Positions 51,601 to 60,528 of a stretch of DNA of 64,000 nt are shown here, piece after piece. The stretch lies in NCBI GenBank assembly GCA_046269625.1, contig JBJURY010111096.1:1-64000 (forward strand), in the 5' to 3' direction. The stretch comes from Hausera hauseri (lineage: Eukaryota). The notes beneath the pieces are model-generated. The model had not been told where the DNA came from. It did no database searches and saw only the letters and a program-made list of their open reading frames with translations. Both the position numbers and the translations under genes were made by a program. Numbering within the stretch: position 1 is the stretch's first letter; each line of letters starts with the position of its first letter.

Positions 51601-54600
51601 GGCATCAATTAAACGTTTAGCAATATTCAACTCCAGTGGCGTAAAAATTTGCATCGGAGCCGCATTTTTAAACATATCAATTGACTTCAACCAAGTATCA
51701 AAATCTGCATTATTTTCAAGAAAATCATACGCAGCTACAATTGCATTTTGGATAGTAGGAAGCAAACTCTTTCCAATAGGAGCATCATAAATAGAAGGAA
51801 GGGCAAGCTGCAAATTTCTTTGAATTGTATTCGGAAGATTATCAAACATCTGCCTTACTTCAATTGCAGCATTATTAAACATAAGCTCGTTTGCAAGCTC
51901 TATAATGTTGTTTACGCCATTCGTTGATAATTCTGATCTATTTGCTTCATTGGTTAAGTTAGAAAGAAGAGAAGGCTGAACATACAGCTTTAAAAGATTA
52001 ATTATGTGAGCATCATTAGCACGAACAGCTTGATTCACCGTTTCGTAATTGGAATCCAAGATGAAATCCGCTAATCTCGCCTTATGAAAAGCGCTCATTC
52101 TGTTTATAACAGCAATAGGATTTATTTTTCTATTCTTATTTCCGGTTTCTAAATCAAGAACCTCATAGTTTCCTAATACAACAGCATAGTTGTCTGCTAC
52201 ATTTAATTTTCGTGTGAGTACCGGTTTTTCAAAAGCCATTATTTGCTCCGGAGAAAAACCAAATTTTTCTGCATTATCAATCAGATATTGTTTGTACTCG
52301 CCTCCACTTGGAAATAACTGATAAAATCTCTTCAATGCAACACTTCTATTATTGCCTTGTATAGCTTCATCATGCGCATTTACTACTGGAGTGCCAACGT
52401 ATGCAACCGGACTTTCTGTGATCTCTTTAAGATTCATATTATAAATAATATTATCTTGTTGAGCTTTACTTTCTGCATCATTTCTTTCTTTCGGTTGCCC
52501 CTTGCTAATTCCATGTTTAGGATTTCGCTGCCCGGAAGATAAATGTGAAGCTTGAAGATTAGTAGATTCCGTTAAAGAATAATGTCCGGTAACATATACT
52601 CCATCAGCAAACTTTATTGAAACATCAGCACCTACGGGACCTTTAGTGGCCGGATTGCGCAAATCTTTATTTATATCATTATCATCATCACCTCCAAAAA
52701 AGTTTTTAAGTACTTTTTTAAGGAATGTGATGAAATCATCTTTGGCGTTATCATTCTTTGCAAATAATTCACCAGTGTCTAAGCTAATAACAAAATCGTT
52801 ATCATCATGTTTGATTTCCATGAAACGATACGCTTTATCGCCATCATAGAACTGGTCAATTTTATAATTCTCAAAAGCATCGGGAATATTATTAAACAAA
52901 TTAGTACCAAGAACATCCTTCAAATTGGTAGCAACAGAATCCGATTTAATCCAATCGTATTTTGAGTTTAAATATTCTCTATACTTATCTGAATTAAAAA
53001 TTTCTTTGATTACTGCCTCTTTGAGTGCCGGTGGTTTTACCTCCTCTCCGACAACATCAATTACAACTCGCGATTCTTTTAGTGCCTTCTCTCTTGCAAC
53101 TTCATCGAACTCCCCTAATTTTTGTGTGAGCTGTTCGTATTCCGCAGCAAGTGGTTGAAGGTTTTCCGGAAGATCTTCAATTTTTATAGAGGCATCTGTA
53201 TCATTTCTCTTGATTAAGCTAACTTCATTGTCATAATCTGTATTAATATCATAACCACTATTGGAAAACTCCCTCTCAATTTCCACCATCCTATCCGTAT
53301 ATGGCTTTATTGCATTGACTTTATCATCCATATTAGGCTCCCCGGAAATCGGTGGGTTATTTTTGCCCATTTCAGCCAGGATAGCATCAATGATTGGAGG
53401 CAAACGTTTTGCTGCAACAGCCTTGGTCATAGCGCCCAGGGAACTTATTGCTGCTTGCGTTATTTCCTCGGGAGATGCAAGCGGATTATCTACAATAGCA
53501 GATACTAACTCTTCTTGCTTTCCTTCGGGGAAGAACTTGTCGATTGTTTTTCGCTGTCCTTCTTCGATATTTTCAATGGCGGCGCGAACTCGCTGTTTTG
53601 TGGAACTCCGCTGGCTGTCAGTGCCAGCCCCGCTGCTACCTCCCGGCCCACCAGGGTTTCTTTGATTCGATCCGATAGGCTCAAACCCTTCATCATCGGT
53701 TTTTTCATTTTTTTCTATTCCTTTATCGTAGGTATCTTCATTAGTTGGAAGTAGCTCTACTGGTTTTAACGAAACAATTTCATTTAAGAATGAATACAAA
53801 TAATCTAACACACTTTGCTTATCTGCTGCTGCGGTTGTTTCAATAGACTGGACATCATTGATCATTTTATCCACTGCATCAAACGCCTCTTGTGCATCTT
53901 GTTCTGTCATAAACGGTTTATTGGCATCCATTCTTGCCAAGGCCATATCAATAACATCATTAGGAGATTCTGTAATAGCCATGATCTCATTCATCCCGGC
54001 ATCCCATACATTCCCCCTTGTCTGCTGAATAAGATTTTCTAAATATTCACGATAAGAATTTATTGCATTTTTAGTTTGTGCAACATCGTATAAAAATTTA
54101 CTATCTCCATAAGAAAACTCTGTATCTGATTCAATGTAACCACTAATTCTAGGTGGTATTGATCTTATAGCATCATACAAATCCTTTGCAGTATTAATAC
54201 CACGTTGAGCTAACTGATCCAGCACATCCTTCATAGTTTCAGAAGTATGCTGACCTTTGACTACCGTATCGGGAATTTTAATACCTAAATGCTTGGCTGC
54301 AGCTACAACCATTTGCACTGCACGACCGGAAACAGTTGATCCCTCTAAATTGAAAGCTTCATTGAGTGGTCCGTTTATTTCATTGAGCAAACCACTATAT
54401 AATGGCTGAACAGTATAAACCGGAACCTTGTTACCTTCCGGCATACCGGGATCTCCTTTCTGCTCTGCTTCCGTATTATTGCCTTCCTTAGAAATAGCAT
54501 CGGTAACATCCTTCTTAAACTCCGCATCTTTAACTGCATCCGCCTTTTTCTTTCTGTTGGCTTCAATAGTTTTGTCCTCGTCAAGTAGGGCTGCCGGAGA

Positions 54601-57600
54601 TTGGTCAGCGCGAAGCTTACGGGCTGCACGTGACCTGGAATCCACCATTTCTGGTGTGGCTTTTCCGTATATTGATTCAGCCATCTTGTTCTGCCAAAAA
54701 TTTGACATCGCAATAGCCATATCGTAAAGAGTATTCTTGTCGGTTATTTTAACGTGGTTTCCTTCTTCATCTAAGAAATCGGAACTCATTAACGCACCAT
54801 TTTCATCAAAGTTATTCGTAATCCAGCGCAGGGGCTTGCCATCGCTAATCCAAGTTACTCCATCTTCTTGCAACCCTTCGGAAATATCTTTTACCTCACC
54901 GGCTTCAAGCTTACTCTGATCAACAAGATTTGTTTCAACAGTTTCTAATTCCTGCTTTTTAGTGTTTAAATCAGCAGTTAGGGCATCGATCAACTCTTCA
55001 TCCGGAGCTTCTTCTTTCTGCAATTCTACTAACTGCTTATCAATTGCCATAATCGAATTTTCGATTTCGCTTTTTTGTTCAGCTAGTTTTGTACTCTGCG
55101 ATCCTTCTCCTTTAACCGTTGGCTTATCGCCCTTCGGCTTATTCTGATCTTGTATTGCAACCGGCTTGGGGGTTATGCCGGGAGGGAGTAATTTAGTTTG
55201 CGCTTCATAATCTGCTTTAGCTTTCGCATCCGCAGCTTCTTTCTCCTTTCTCTTTTGATCATTTATTAAATCATAAATAGACTTAAATCGAGATTCGATT
55301 GTAGGATCATTAAATATCTCAATGCTAAGTTTACCATCGAGCATATCCTGGCGCACTTGCGAGTAATTATCAAGCTTCTTTAAAATATCAGCTCGCCCTA
55401 CCGGTTTGCCATCGACCATGTACCTTGGAACTTTTATCTTATAGGTGTAGTCAATGTAATTATCCAGCTCGTTAATTTGCTGTTGAGTTTGCTCTAAAAA
55501 TTCCGGAGTTTGTACCTTGCCTTCGCTTTGCTTTAGCAGATTGTTCTTTTCTGCAATCAATCGGAACAATTTAGCTTTAGTTTTATCGTCAACGTTAGGC
55601 GGTACTTGGTCATAGGCTAATTTTAAATCACCTAAAATCTGCGTTACTCGATCCTTCTGCTCCGGGGTAATATCCCCTCTTGCAGCTTGCATCTCTATAT
55701 AATTTACCAGCTTGTCATAATTACCAACAGAAGAATAGATTGCGTCAATCTCAATATCACTCTTTCCTTTTATATCGGTAAATCCTTTAAATAATCCAGA
55801 AGTAGCAAACGTTAAAATACCGGTTTCGATAAATTCATCAGCGTTAAAATCTACCTCAACAGCTTCATCACCTAACGCCAGGTTAGTCATGTAATCAACG
55901 CCCATTCCTCCAAACTCCTGCATGTACTCCTGCACAACCTCGCCTACACCTTCCTTCCTAATATCTTTCGCTGCAAGCTTCATGGCACTATATCGATCAA
56001 CTCCTTGTGTAAGATATTTGATATAATCACCTTTGAGCTTACTGAGCATTGTTTCTTTGAACAAATAAGTTTGTGGATTTACAAGCTCTAAAGAAGATAC
56101 AATGGCGCTACGCACTCCTGCATATAACCGGGCATCTGAATCCTCAACTAAAGGATTGTTGTTTAAAAAATCCGTATAAGCATTTTCATACTCGGTTAAA
56201 TAACCACTAAGTATCAAACCTCCCTTTGAAGTTCTCATTAGTTTACCAAGCTTATTAGCGCCATACAAAAGAGTGAACATATCTGTACCGGTACGTGCTA
56301 ATTTTGGCAGTATTAAATCACCTCGGAAATCAACTACTTTTTCACCTTTAGTTTTGTTGCTATCATAAAATTCTTGTGGACTTTGAAACATTAGGGGCCA
56401 GTCAGATAAGCTATATCCGTTTTCAGTACGAACATCAGAAACCTTATCTCCGTTGGAATAAAATCGTAATTTCTTTCCTCCTATATCAAGCATAGTATAA
56501 CGATCAATCAAAGGTGCTTGCATATTACTTGGGATTCCAAACCATCCCTCTGTAATTCTAAATTGTGCATCTGCAATTGATCCGGCCCATCTTGAAAACA
56601 GATCGGGTGTACCGGGCTGATCCAAAATACCAGCAGCAAAATTGGCTGTATAATCTACAAGACCGCGAGCAACATTATCTCCAATTGCCTTTCCAATCTC
56701 ACCACCCGGATAGGTAATGTTTGCCATCGGAGCTTTCAGATCAGTTTTCAATTGCATTGTTTCTTGATCTGCTCTGCGCTGCACAACTGCCGGGTATAAA
56801 TTTGCAAGTTTCGACATTGTTTTTGAAACGCTCGCCTTTACCGCTTGGGCTTTCAACAATTCCTCCGGAGTTGAATTTTTGTTGGTTAATACGCTTTCAG
56901 CTTGGCTACTCATAAAAGATAGCGCATCCGCATCAAACTTTAATTGACGCTGTTGGGTACGCAACAAATCACCAGTAGTAGCTTGGGGATTATTTCTAAG
57001 ATAATTATATTTTGAAACGTTTTCGTCAAAATCTCCCACCTCAACTTTAGACGCATTTGCTCCTGGATCATTGCGATCAAAAGAAAATGCTTCCATTGTC
57101 ATTGGCACTGCACCGGCTTTATTGATAGCTTTGAAGTTTTTCAAATACCTATCATAATCTTTTACAACAAGCTTGTCGCGATTATAATCATGATACATTT
57201 TTCTCGCCAAGCTCAATGTAGCGCCATCATCAAAAACAGAATTAGATTGTACCTTATTTTGTTTTTTTAATTGAGCAGTAATATCTTTTGTTGCTTCTAG
57301 GACTTCATTTTTATGAAGATGAATAAGGGGCAAGATTTTATTTTTGTAAATCTCGTTCGTTGCTGCTTGGTTACCGGCTGCTTGTTGCAATAATCCCATC
57401 GCCTCTTTAAAAGCCTCCGGCTCCAACTTTGCGACAGCTTGCATTTGCGCCCCTTGTAGAGCATTTTCAAGTGAGGCTACTTTTGCTTCATGGCCCGGAG
57501 GAAGTGGAATAGTTGCTAATGCACCATTCACCTCTCTATTGTAATAATCAAGACGTTTTTGCTGATCCCTTTTAATATCATCAACCGCAATTGCAGCCTG

Positions 57601-58203
57601 CTGCTCGATTGCTCTCTGCGTTGCAGGAGTACTGGATTCACTAGCTGCAGGAGTGCCTAACGAATCAGCTTTGGCTTGCTCAATAAGTGATTTTGTTTTG
57701 CCGGATTTTTGGCGTACCTCTTCCAATCGCTGCTTTAAAGATTCAACTTCCTCTGCACCAGACGATTTAGTTAGCGCTTTAAAATAATTATCCTTCCATA
57801 CCTGGTCATCCCACTTATTTTCGCGGTCAAGTACTTCAATACTTTTCTTCAATAATGCAGACGAATAGGCAGCTTTAGAATGGGGAGTTGCGCCACGCTT
57901 CTGCGAATTTGCTCCAGGCGTAGCACCATCTTTTCCACCAGTTCCGTTTTGATTTTTTTTTTCAGCGTAAACTCTTTTTGCCTTCGGATCGAGCGTCAAA
58001 AATTCTTTAATCGCATCAGTTTCATCAATGGTAAAATCAACCGTATCGCCATTTGAAGAAACATACGATTCCAGCTCTTTTGCTCCCGGATCTAACTTAG
58101 CAACGTCATTAAACTCCTCGTCGCTAGTTAGCTCTACAATTTCTCCGCTTGATAATTTCATCCCTCTTTTCTTCGGGGGATCTCCTTGAAGTGTTGTACT
58201 CAT
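42610..58203 (-). CDS. giant polyvalent putative virion/ejection protein (ddrB-ParB, JAB, Strawberry-notch-like SF2 helicase, zincin, LPD38-like)
   Basis: QPKER..GTPVV..IQGNNRS (about 52150-52620); HVHNHPSG..SQAD (about 50450-50790); LADGPGVGKT, DESH, TATP, GTGIDL, QLIHRFSR (about 47520-49320); HEGMH (46579-46593); LPD38-like C-terminus. Confidence 0.8.
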   Translation of the reverse strand: MSTTLQGDPPKKRGMKLSSGEIVELTSDEEFNDVAKLDPGAKELESYVSSNGDTVDFTIDETDAIKEFLTLDPKAKRVYAEKKNQNGTGGKDGATPGANSQKRGATPHSKAAYSSALLKKSIEVLDRENKWDDQVWKDNYFKALTKSSGAEEVESLKQRLEEVRQKSGKTKSLIEQAKADSLGTPAASESSTPATQRAIEQQAAIAVDDIKRDQQKRLDYYNREVNGALATIPLPPGHEAKVASLENALQGAQMQAVAKLEPEAFKEAMGLLQQAAGNQAATNEIYKNKILPLIHLHKNEVLEATKDITAQLKKQNKVQSNSVFDDGATLSLARKMYHDYNRDKLVVKDYDRYLKNFKAINKAGAVPMTMEAFSFDRNDPGANASKVEVGDFDENVSKYNYLRNNPQATTGDLLRTQQRQLKFDADALSFMSSQAESVLTNKNSTPEELLKAQAVKASVSKTMSKLANLYPAVVQRRADQETMQLKTDLKAPMANITYPGGEIGKAIGDNVARGLVDYTANFAAGILDQPGTPDLFSRWAGSIADAQFRITEGWFGIPSNMQAPLIDRYTMLDIGGKKLRFYSNGDKVSDVRTENGYSLSDWPLMFQSPQEFYDSNKTKGEKVVDFRGDLILPKLARTGTDMFTLLYGANKLGKLMRTSKGGLILSGYLTEYENAYTDFLNNNPLVEDSDARLYAGVRSAIVSSLELVNPQTYLFKETMLSKLKGDYIKYLTQGVDRYSAMKLAAKDIRKEGVGEVVQEYMQEFGGMGVDYMTNLALGDEAVEVDFNADEFIETGILTFATSGLFKGFTDIKGKSDIEIDAIYSSVGNYDKLVNYIEMQAARGDITPEQKDRVTQILGDLKLAYDQVPPNVDDKTKAKLFRLIAEKNNLLKQSEGKVQTPEFLEQTQQQINELDNYIDYTYKIKVPRYMVDGKPVGRADILKKLDNYSQVRQDMLDGKLSIEIFNDPTIESRFKSIYDLINDQKRKEKEAADAKAKADYEAQTKLLPPGITPKPVAIQDQNKPKGDKPTVKGEGSQSTKLAEQKSEIENSIMAIDKQLVELQKEEAPDEELIDALTADLNTKKQELETVETNLVDQSKLEAGEVKDISEGLQEDGVTWISDGKPLRWITNNFDENGALMSSDFLDEEGNHVKITDKNTLYDMAIAMSNFWQNKMAESIYGKATPEMVDSRSRAARKLRADQSPAALLDEDKTIEANRKKKADAVKDAEFKKDVTDAISKEGNNTEAEQKGDPGMPEGNKVPVYTVQPLYSGLLNEINGPLNEAFNLEGSTVSGRAVQMVVAAAKHLGIKIPDTVVKGQHTSETMKDVLDQLAQRGINTAKDLYDAIRSIPPRISGYIESDTEFSYGDSKFLYDVAQTKNAINSYREYLENLIQQTRGNVWDAGMNEIMAITESPNDVIDMALARMDANKPFMTEQDAQEAFDAVDKMINDVQSIETTAAADKQSVLDYLYSFLNEIVSLKPVELLPTNEDTYDKGIEKNEKTDDEGFEPIGSNQRNPGGPGGSSGAGTDSQRSSTKQRVRAAIENIEEGQRKTIDKFFPEGKQEELVSAIVDNPLASPEEITQAAISSLGAMTKAVAAKRLPPIIDAILAEMGKNNPPISGEPNMDDKVNAIKPYTDRMVEIEREFSNSGYDINTDYDNEVSLIKRNDTDASIKIEDLPENLQPLAAEYEQLTQKLGEFDEVAREKALKESRVVIDVVGEEVKPPALKEAVIKEIFNSDKYREYLNSKYDWIKSDSVATNLKDVLGTNLFNNIPDAFENYKIDQFYDGDKAYRFMEIKHDDNDFVISLDTGELFAKNDNAKDDFITFLKKVLKNFFGGDDDNDINKDLRNPATKGPVGADVSIKFADGVYVTGHYSLTESTNLQASHLSSGQRNPKHGISKGQPKERNDAESKAQQDNIIYNMNLKEITESPVAYVGTPVVNAHDEAIQGNNRSVALKRFYQLFPSGGEYKQYLIDNAEKFGFSPEQIMAFEKPVLTRKLNVADNYAVVLGNYEVLDLETGNKNRKINPIAVINRMSAFHKARLADFILDSNYETVNQAVRANDAHIINLLKLYVQPSLLSNLTNEANRSELSTNGVNNIIELANELMFNNAAIEVRQMFDNLPNTIQRNLQLALPSIYDAPIGKSLLPTIQNAIVAAYDFLENNADFDTWLKSIDMFKNAAPMQIFTPLELNIAKRLIDAKKQGELKPLMKTYASLVKDKPADLMNPEPTPGLSIEKAIKQTFNVEAHEKDIAGITQIRKAEDSKGEGDDNNKVENTPSEIPHKESVVPANLVEHGRLESFALNNQLGATIDNKYSYDPSKPYPAESLANKALQYGFSELTGMAQASVVSAENLEKLKLEFPEVKVSKVFTEKGDMYMFHDQNGLFFNPFKFKTMGYTGAATDQDKNMLEQHENFQFHEGIKVAKTDGDTIAYKAMSTALGRNPVDNEFQRSTVVAKKSGDWKFFGGKESASSNADVANIFRSLENESLEHFFVLMQNAQGKQIVLHAGSGNSIMTPVDTKNIFNIAKQFGAVRLWHVHNHPSGNLQYSQADMKTDITLRTLAENTGIEVHDGIIIDLNSGSFTSYRSNYYTNSLVDYSTVPEVMKFSGQGGQEKYKPITDNPSEIKTYSVSPRIFSDAGLKKSITLDSIEDAAQFVMGLHAGAAPKFGFVLADARAKVVGVIYGKSIIDPAVRMAIAANPEAIKIIPVTNFMPLNHMESLKMISNYYSPLGNTNDFVFVQGSQIHVLNTKNPTGAAPNNVSNPSDTDPKSLVSQAIDSGFKTYEEVLFYAFNQLGSVDALKEAAPNIGIEYIDAYFDLDPGVQSQYSTPEMVEGLDIDELIKSFTANTKTAEVIDDKTPEEIKNEGRPLTLRQHYADFADWFEYKYPDKAWQYELHLGEEGPEIRYAGKVIITYNSWAASDEAINWYKNIKKLILTRPPMVWVNREDLLVPEQIIENDKYALGEDQVYAVNMILQRFLGKDGNTRQKSKPVIWGTDWITSLDISVFADPQHIVMSDKEKFEKLFTSPGWPPGVSAYGWQWELNAGMYHYWNDLEWNKIDQPKSEKDFLLAIGDQIIKSHNERIADLKEQAKNKDTRRKTGSPQAAIEKEKKWIEVAERFKKAVMDGEVSYDPPFAGGLYQSKAFVLADGPGVGKTRTELIAAIEMANRTGKPAIIYTLNKNILPQFKKEAAALGLDPDIISIQKENVNDKNVKVFIGHYGDMTNKKIGLRKPEKVDDMEEKPYSIIIFDESHALKNLDKSSRASVGFKYANSLSDNTVFATATPNDKITTVLYWMAPLIDARPGKAIEDKIRSVAWDLGIDVNIQVNKNTGDMAMDMKLKKGATWDRVKAAIQYKRKKLMQEGAFLRREFPYFGSIEEVTIMPATIPGLPDYYAGQESINENIKNGMARVGQQQRFSTIYKAEAVVNQAKFSLNQGRQVAIVIPFWNKLSVSGVYNSTEALHPSIAEELIKQFEKIGITRDEIALIYGKNPIEQNVKDFQSGKKRVTILTPDTGGTGIDLDDQVGDARRDVLIVSPPWAGDMMDQLIHRFSRRNSKSPTRMLLMWIEGSAADDKKKYVWDNKRKVVRTIQVGEDPSEIEAAMWDAELEFGQGEESDIDIDTDETAVESPFEDLPARSTKESPGLLTPSQAAELENELQNNFTIGSDKLIGRTNNDVRQLPFNWWHPISQKTINGITVKITNGLLRGPMSNRRKTFLAYAENRIIGEFNSVKEAENTIDTIEKHLIKFLPGGPTSLPEALTLYPESKTAGSGDYTIEQAVVESPFFDRHDKLNKLDVNPDPGKQIPRWKQWLFGKAAPINFGQEVIDALRKAGVPTANISHLKRRYLGMYYGASESIRMQTSLNVFTAIHEGMHWATLSSKNANAMGLTMVDQILQNATAQDIQEMKDIVSNYYGNPGSALKNMRTTVSEALACIMERSLNTPDIWNYGITSKVLTPGGPFNNDAINALQDEFLKMLGRYESLDPAGKLMTNVMFERRDQYAEEAPGYDRPFSWNWFHEKVIVPLFDEAAFAEKLDKEYGQDVISDPNSNAKYSVYNAYYLWRQRANQAAAVIGGHESTLLSNAIGAQAVRFASGNNFTPIKYTIKQVMDEVDKIGREAQDLTKTDKGYQTIRDYNRPINYEFSNFLVARRFYAQYEDFKHSQGKYETLAAQLLNKLYDIRLTDPKDPQMPGMMESYRDTRRQLFDHALNMITINNRMKNEGGSVRMFEVLWENAIHNLNTTWNIKEIVEKGLDTVILLDNNQNPLQVVKSYDPDEGSTPRTETYTAEVYTMFENIFKKPMEMYDEINRDMILMAVATGRLRVEQAKDYLNTFGYARFMRFVEQEVYEDSESIFNQHPNASKLKIGAFMQYKGSAKTIVDPMVGQMFFVQEVFKKGYENMIWNNLANMALANPGTYIARNFREVEGSIVSEIDPVTKVKTIKRVFPQKKQVNNTIEFYRNGKRVMYEITDPAIMTFYNNIMNNQWAAAQKSANAAKDFIYDFFHTGARWLQYSTTAIYPVWVALNYTVDLITRLQNSKAKMKGGIGKKAANMAVVGDVKNLTLLGKEIAKGQALKYKKLRELGHNPMATAGSMAVESILMGVVDLTNEAIAMRSVIFDHLEKKLGRPPVMDDFEAINNYLSVMGADQTFLGSLNETDPIEILERAIGARKDSGFIRKAKSAVVDNAIPTLGEFLKLGTDITEIAGRLNEWVKAESMGKSDVVKMRMAGEASTNFLRRGSSVGWNKYLSLIIYKRAMINALGTWAKNLNTEEGRTRTAAVIGGLTTATIAYWIYSWGLMDDEEKKMAINLDARTLSQNLILPKKIIPFYPDNAKGFVQIRIPDQVGAITGTAALATMNYLSAADISPERYVEIMAKVIPDEYNPYSLAITKSPYGSGAGGVIRGGFSWLPTIAATGLQTALNLRTYPFVGSITPAYMDNVPYPMRYDALTPPQAISLSQDLNRIGYNISPKQIEFLTRGLLGRGVYSMSELAMNGDWEKFNVMNMARKELIFRGESFNEFYNKSADTRLEYNAITNPKNQDMLSARPSKLELQLWQRDVTKVIIKHKINEDLKDLLGLVQDTNLQLAILELDEEFPVDLSVQIYNIVEAVNKFEPTGDKKLDREPTQEIFKQITATKKELSRFIREEKSNKLANKLKTVHDWIKIETENAALKTIDAIEFTELEKRMKIMYNININL

Positions 58204-58205
58204 AA

Positions 58206-59744
58206 TTATCTTTTTCTAGCGATTTTTATAAATTCCAATTTTTGCTTATCTGTTAATTTTGATTTGTATGCATTGGCTTCTTCTGTTGTCATGCTCTTAA
58301 AATCCTTTGATGAAGGTGGAAAGCCTTTAGGTGCATAGTTCTTCGGACCAGCAGGAGTTTTAGATGCTTTAGGTGGTGCAGGTGCGGTACCGGCTTTTGC
58401 AGCACCTTTGCTGGTTCCAGTACGTTTTGCTGGGTTCTTTTCATTCTCCCAATCTCTATCAGCTTGTGCTTTCAGTCGATCATATACATCCTGCCAATCA
58501 TCCCCATACTTTCTAAGTATCTCTTCGTTCTCATTGGTAAGCGCAATTTCTTTAACAACACCTTGCTTTAATGTTTTTGATACGGGATCAAATGGCTGTA
58601 TTCTTATTGAGGGCTTTTCACCTTCTTTCATGGTAAGACCAAAAATTTTACCTTCAATAGTATAGTAACCATTTGGATCAATATTATTGCCATCATTATC
58701 GGTATCTCTACCAATAATATTTTTCAAATCTGTGCCGGTAACTTTTATTACATCAATAGGTGCTGTTGCAACGCCACTTGTTTTGTTTGGCTGAATACCC
58801 ATAAAATACTTTCCATCTTCACTGGTTCTTTTCAAAGACCATATACCTTTTTTATTCGTACTGGTAGATCCATTGTCAATATACATTCCATCATTTCCAT
58901 ACTCTCTCAACGAAACAGCATCCTTTGTAACATTCTTGTATCTCGGAAGTAGCGCAGCATAGGCTCTGTCAACCATGAATTCATCATACTTAGCTTTTTG
59001 TTCAGCCGGAGATAATTGAGCTACACCAGGATTATTGGCTATAAATGAAGTTTGCAATTCAACCTTCATTGCATCCTGGAAATTTTGAGGAAGCAATGGC
59101 ATTGAATCTTTAATTGCTTGTCTTAACTTAACACCATCAATAATCGTTCTGTATGAAGAAGATCCCGCACCGGTTTTGCCAGTAAATTTATTCACCTTAA
59201 CTTCGGGAGCATACTTTACAAGCTTTGTTAATTCCTGCAATGCGCTTTGTGTTGTTGCAGCTTTTACTTTCGGAAAATCAGATCTGTCTTTTAATTTTGT
59301 TTTCCTCCAATTATCTAGTTCATCAAAGTCGCCCTGCCCATATCTAAAGCGTTCATCACTAGAGAACCTTTTTTCAAGCTCTTGGTTAGTGGCTCTGTTT
59401 TTTGCTGATTTGGTAATATAAGTGCGAAGCGCAAATTGTTCATTCTGTATATCGTACCACTTTTCTCTGCGTGTTTTTTGATCTCTCGTTTGCTCGTAAT
59501 CCTTTAATTTATCAGTGAGATTTTTATACATTTCTTGCAATTCGGGGAGATCGTTATCCCACGCTTGCCCCATCGCACTGCCTATTGAAGCTAACGCTTG
59601 ATCCGGCTTTCTATCTTTTAAATTAGTTTGCGCACCTAATCTATATGCATCCAAAAGTGGTTGCATATTCGCGCTCTCTCCAAGCACTGCAGCAGCACCG
59701 GTATTATCTTGTTTATTAAAAACTAATCCTAATCCGTCAGCCAT
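58206..59744 (-). CDS. putative internal virion (ejection) protein
   Basis: Position between the pilot-like gene and the giant gene; helical N-terminus. Confidence 0.5.
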   Translation of the reverse strand: MADGLGLVFNKQDNTGAAAVLGESANMQPLLDAYRLGAQTNLKDRKPDQALASIGSAMGQAWDNDLPELQEMYKNLTDKLKDYEQTRDQKTRREKWYDIQNEQFALRTYITKSAKNRATNQELEKRFSSDERFRYGQGDFDELDNWRKTKLKDRSDFPKVKAATTQSALQELTKLVKYAPEVKVNKFTGKTGAGSSSYRTIIDGVKLRQAIKDSMPLLPQNFQDAMKVELQTSFIANNPGVAQLSPAEQKAKYDEFMVDRAYAALLPRYKNVTKDAVSLREYGNDGMYIDNGSTSTNKKGIWSLKRTSEDGKYFMGIQPNKTSGVATAPIDVIKVTGTDLKNIIGRDTDNDGNNIDPNGYYTIEGKIFGLTMKEGEKPSIRIQPFDPVSKTLKQGVVKEIALTNENEEILRKYGDDWQDVYDRLKAQADRDWENEKNPAKRTGTSKGAAKAGTAPAPPKASKTPAGPKNYAPKGFPPSSKDFKSMTTEEANAYKSKLTDKQKLEFIKIARKR

Positions 59745-59746
59745 CT

Positions 59747-60517
59747 CTATTTATTTTTACCAGTGAACATTGGCATATAAACCCTCATAAAAATATCGTC
59801 AGTCATTGGACCAAAAATACCTTCTGCATCTTCTCTGATTTTTGCGTAATCGTATGTGTCAACCGATCCAGTATCAATACCGGCTCCGGCTCCAGTTTTA
59901 TTTCCCATAAAATCACCAAACTTTGAAGGATCTTTAAATGCACCCATCGCATCCATCGCTAATCCGTTAATTCCGGTATTTGCCAATCCAACTAAAGCGT
60001 CTTGTGAATTTCGCATTGATGCATTTTCTAATGCGCTCTTGGCTCCCATTGCATCTACGTAAGGCTGCTTTGTGTTCCAATCCCAATTCTCCATATCCTG
60101 CTGCCCCATTGTGTTTAGCGCATTATAATAAGCAGGAAGCTGGCTGGCCCGATATTGTGCAGCTTGCACACCTAAATTAGCCATCTGTTCTCCCGATTGC
60201 TGTTGTGTACCTAAAAATCCGGCCATCATTGTTGCTGGACTTTGTTGGCTTTCCGCAATAGAGCGCATAGCGTTACCTTGTGTTGCTCGGAGCTGATTTA
60301 AAATGCCACTCTCCCCCGGAAGCCCACTTGCATAAGCTTCATTGGCCGTACTGGTAAGATAATCTTTATAATACTCGCTCGTCTTTCTTTCCGGGCGTGG
60401 ATAATCGCGCCCCAACTTTTCGGCTGCTTTTTTCTGTTTGCGACTAACAATAAACTTATTAATCTCGGGCGCAGCTTGCAGTGCCATAGCTGCTGCCGGT
60501 AGTAACCATGCTGGCAT
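59747..60517 (-). CDS. putative DNA pilot/ejection protein
   Basis: Hydrophobic N-terminus, A/Q/G/M-rich helical body, follows the stabilisation protein. Confidence 0.6.
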   Translation of the reverse strand: MPAWLLPAAAMALQAAPEINKFIVSRKQKKAAEKLGRDYPRPERKTSEYYKDYLTSTANEAYASGLPGESGILNQLRATQGNAMRSIAESQQSPATMMAGFLGTQQQSGEQMANLGVQAAQYRASQLPAYYNALNTMGQQDMENWDWNTKQPYVDAMGAKSALENASMRNSQDALVGLANTGINGLAMDAMGAFKDPSKFGDFMGNKTGAGAGIDTGSVDTYDYAKIREDAEGIFGPMTDDIFMRVYMPMFTGKNK

Positions 60518-60528
60518 TTTATTTTAGA

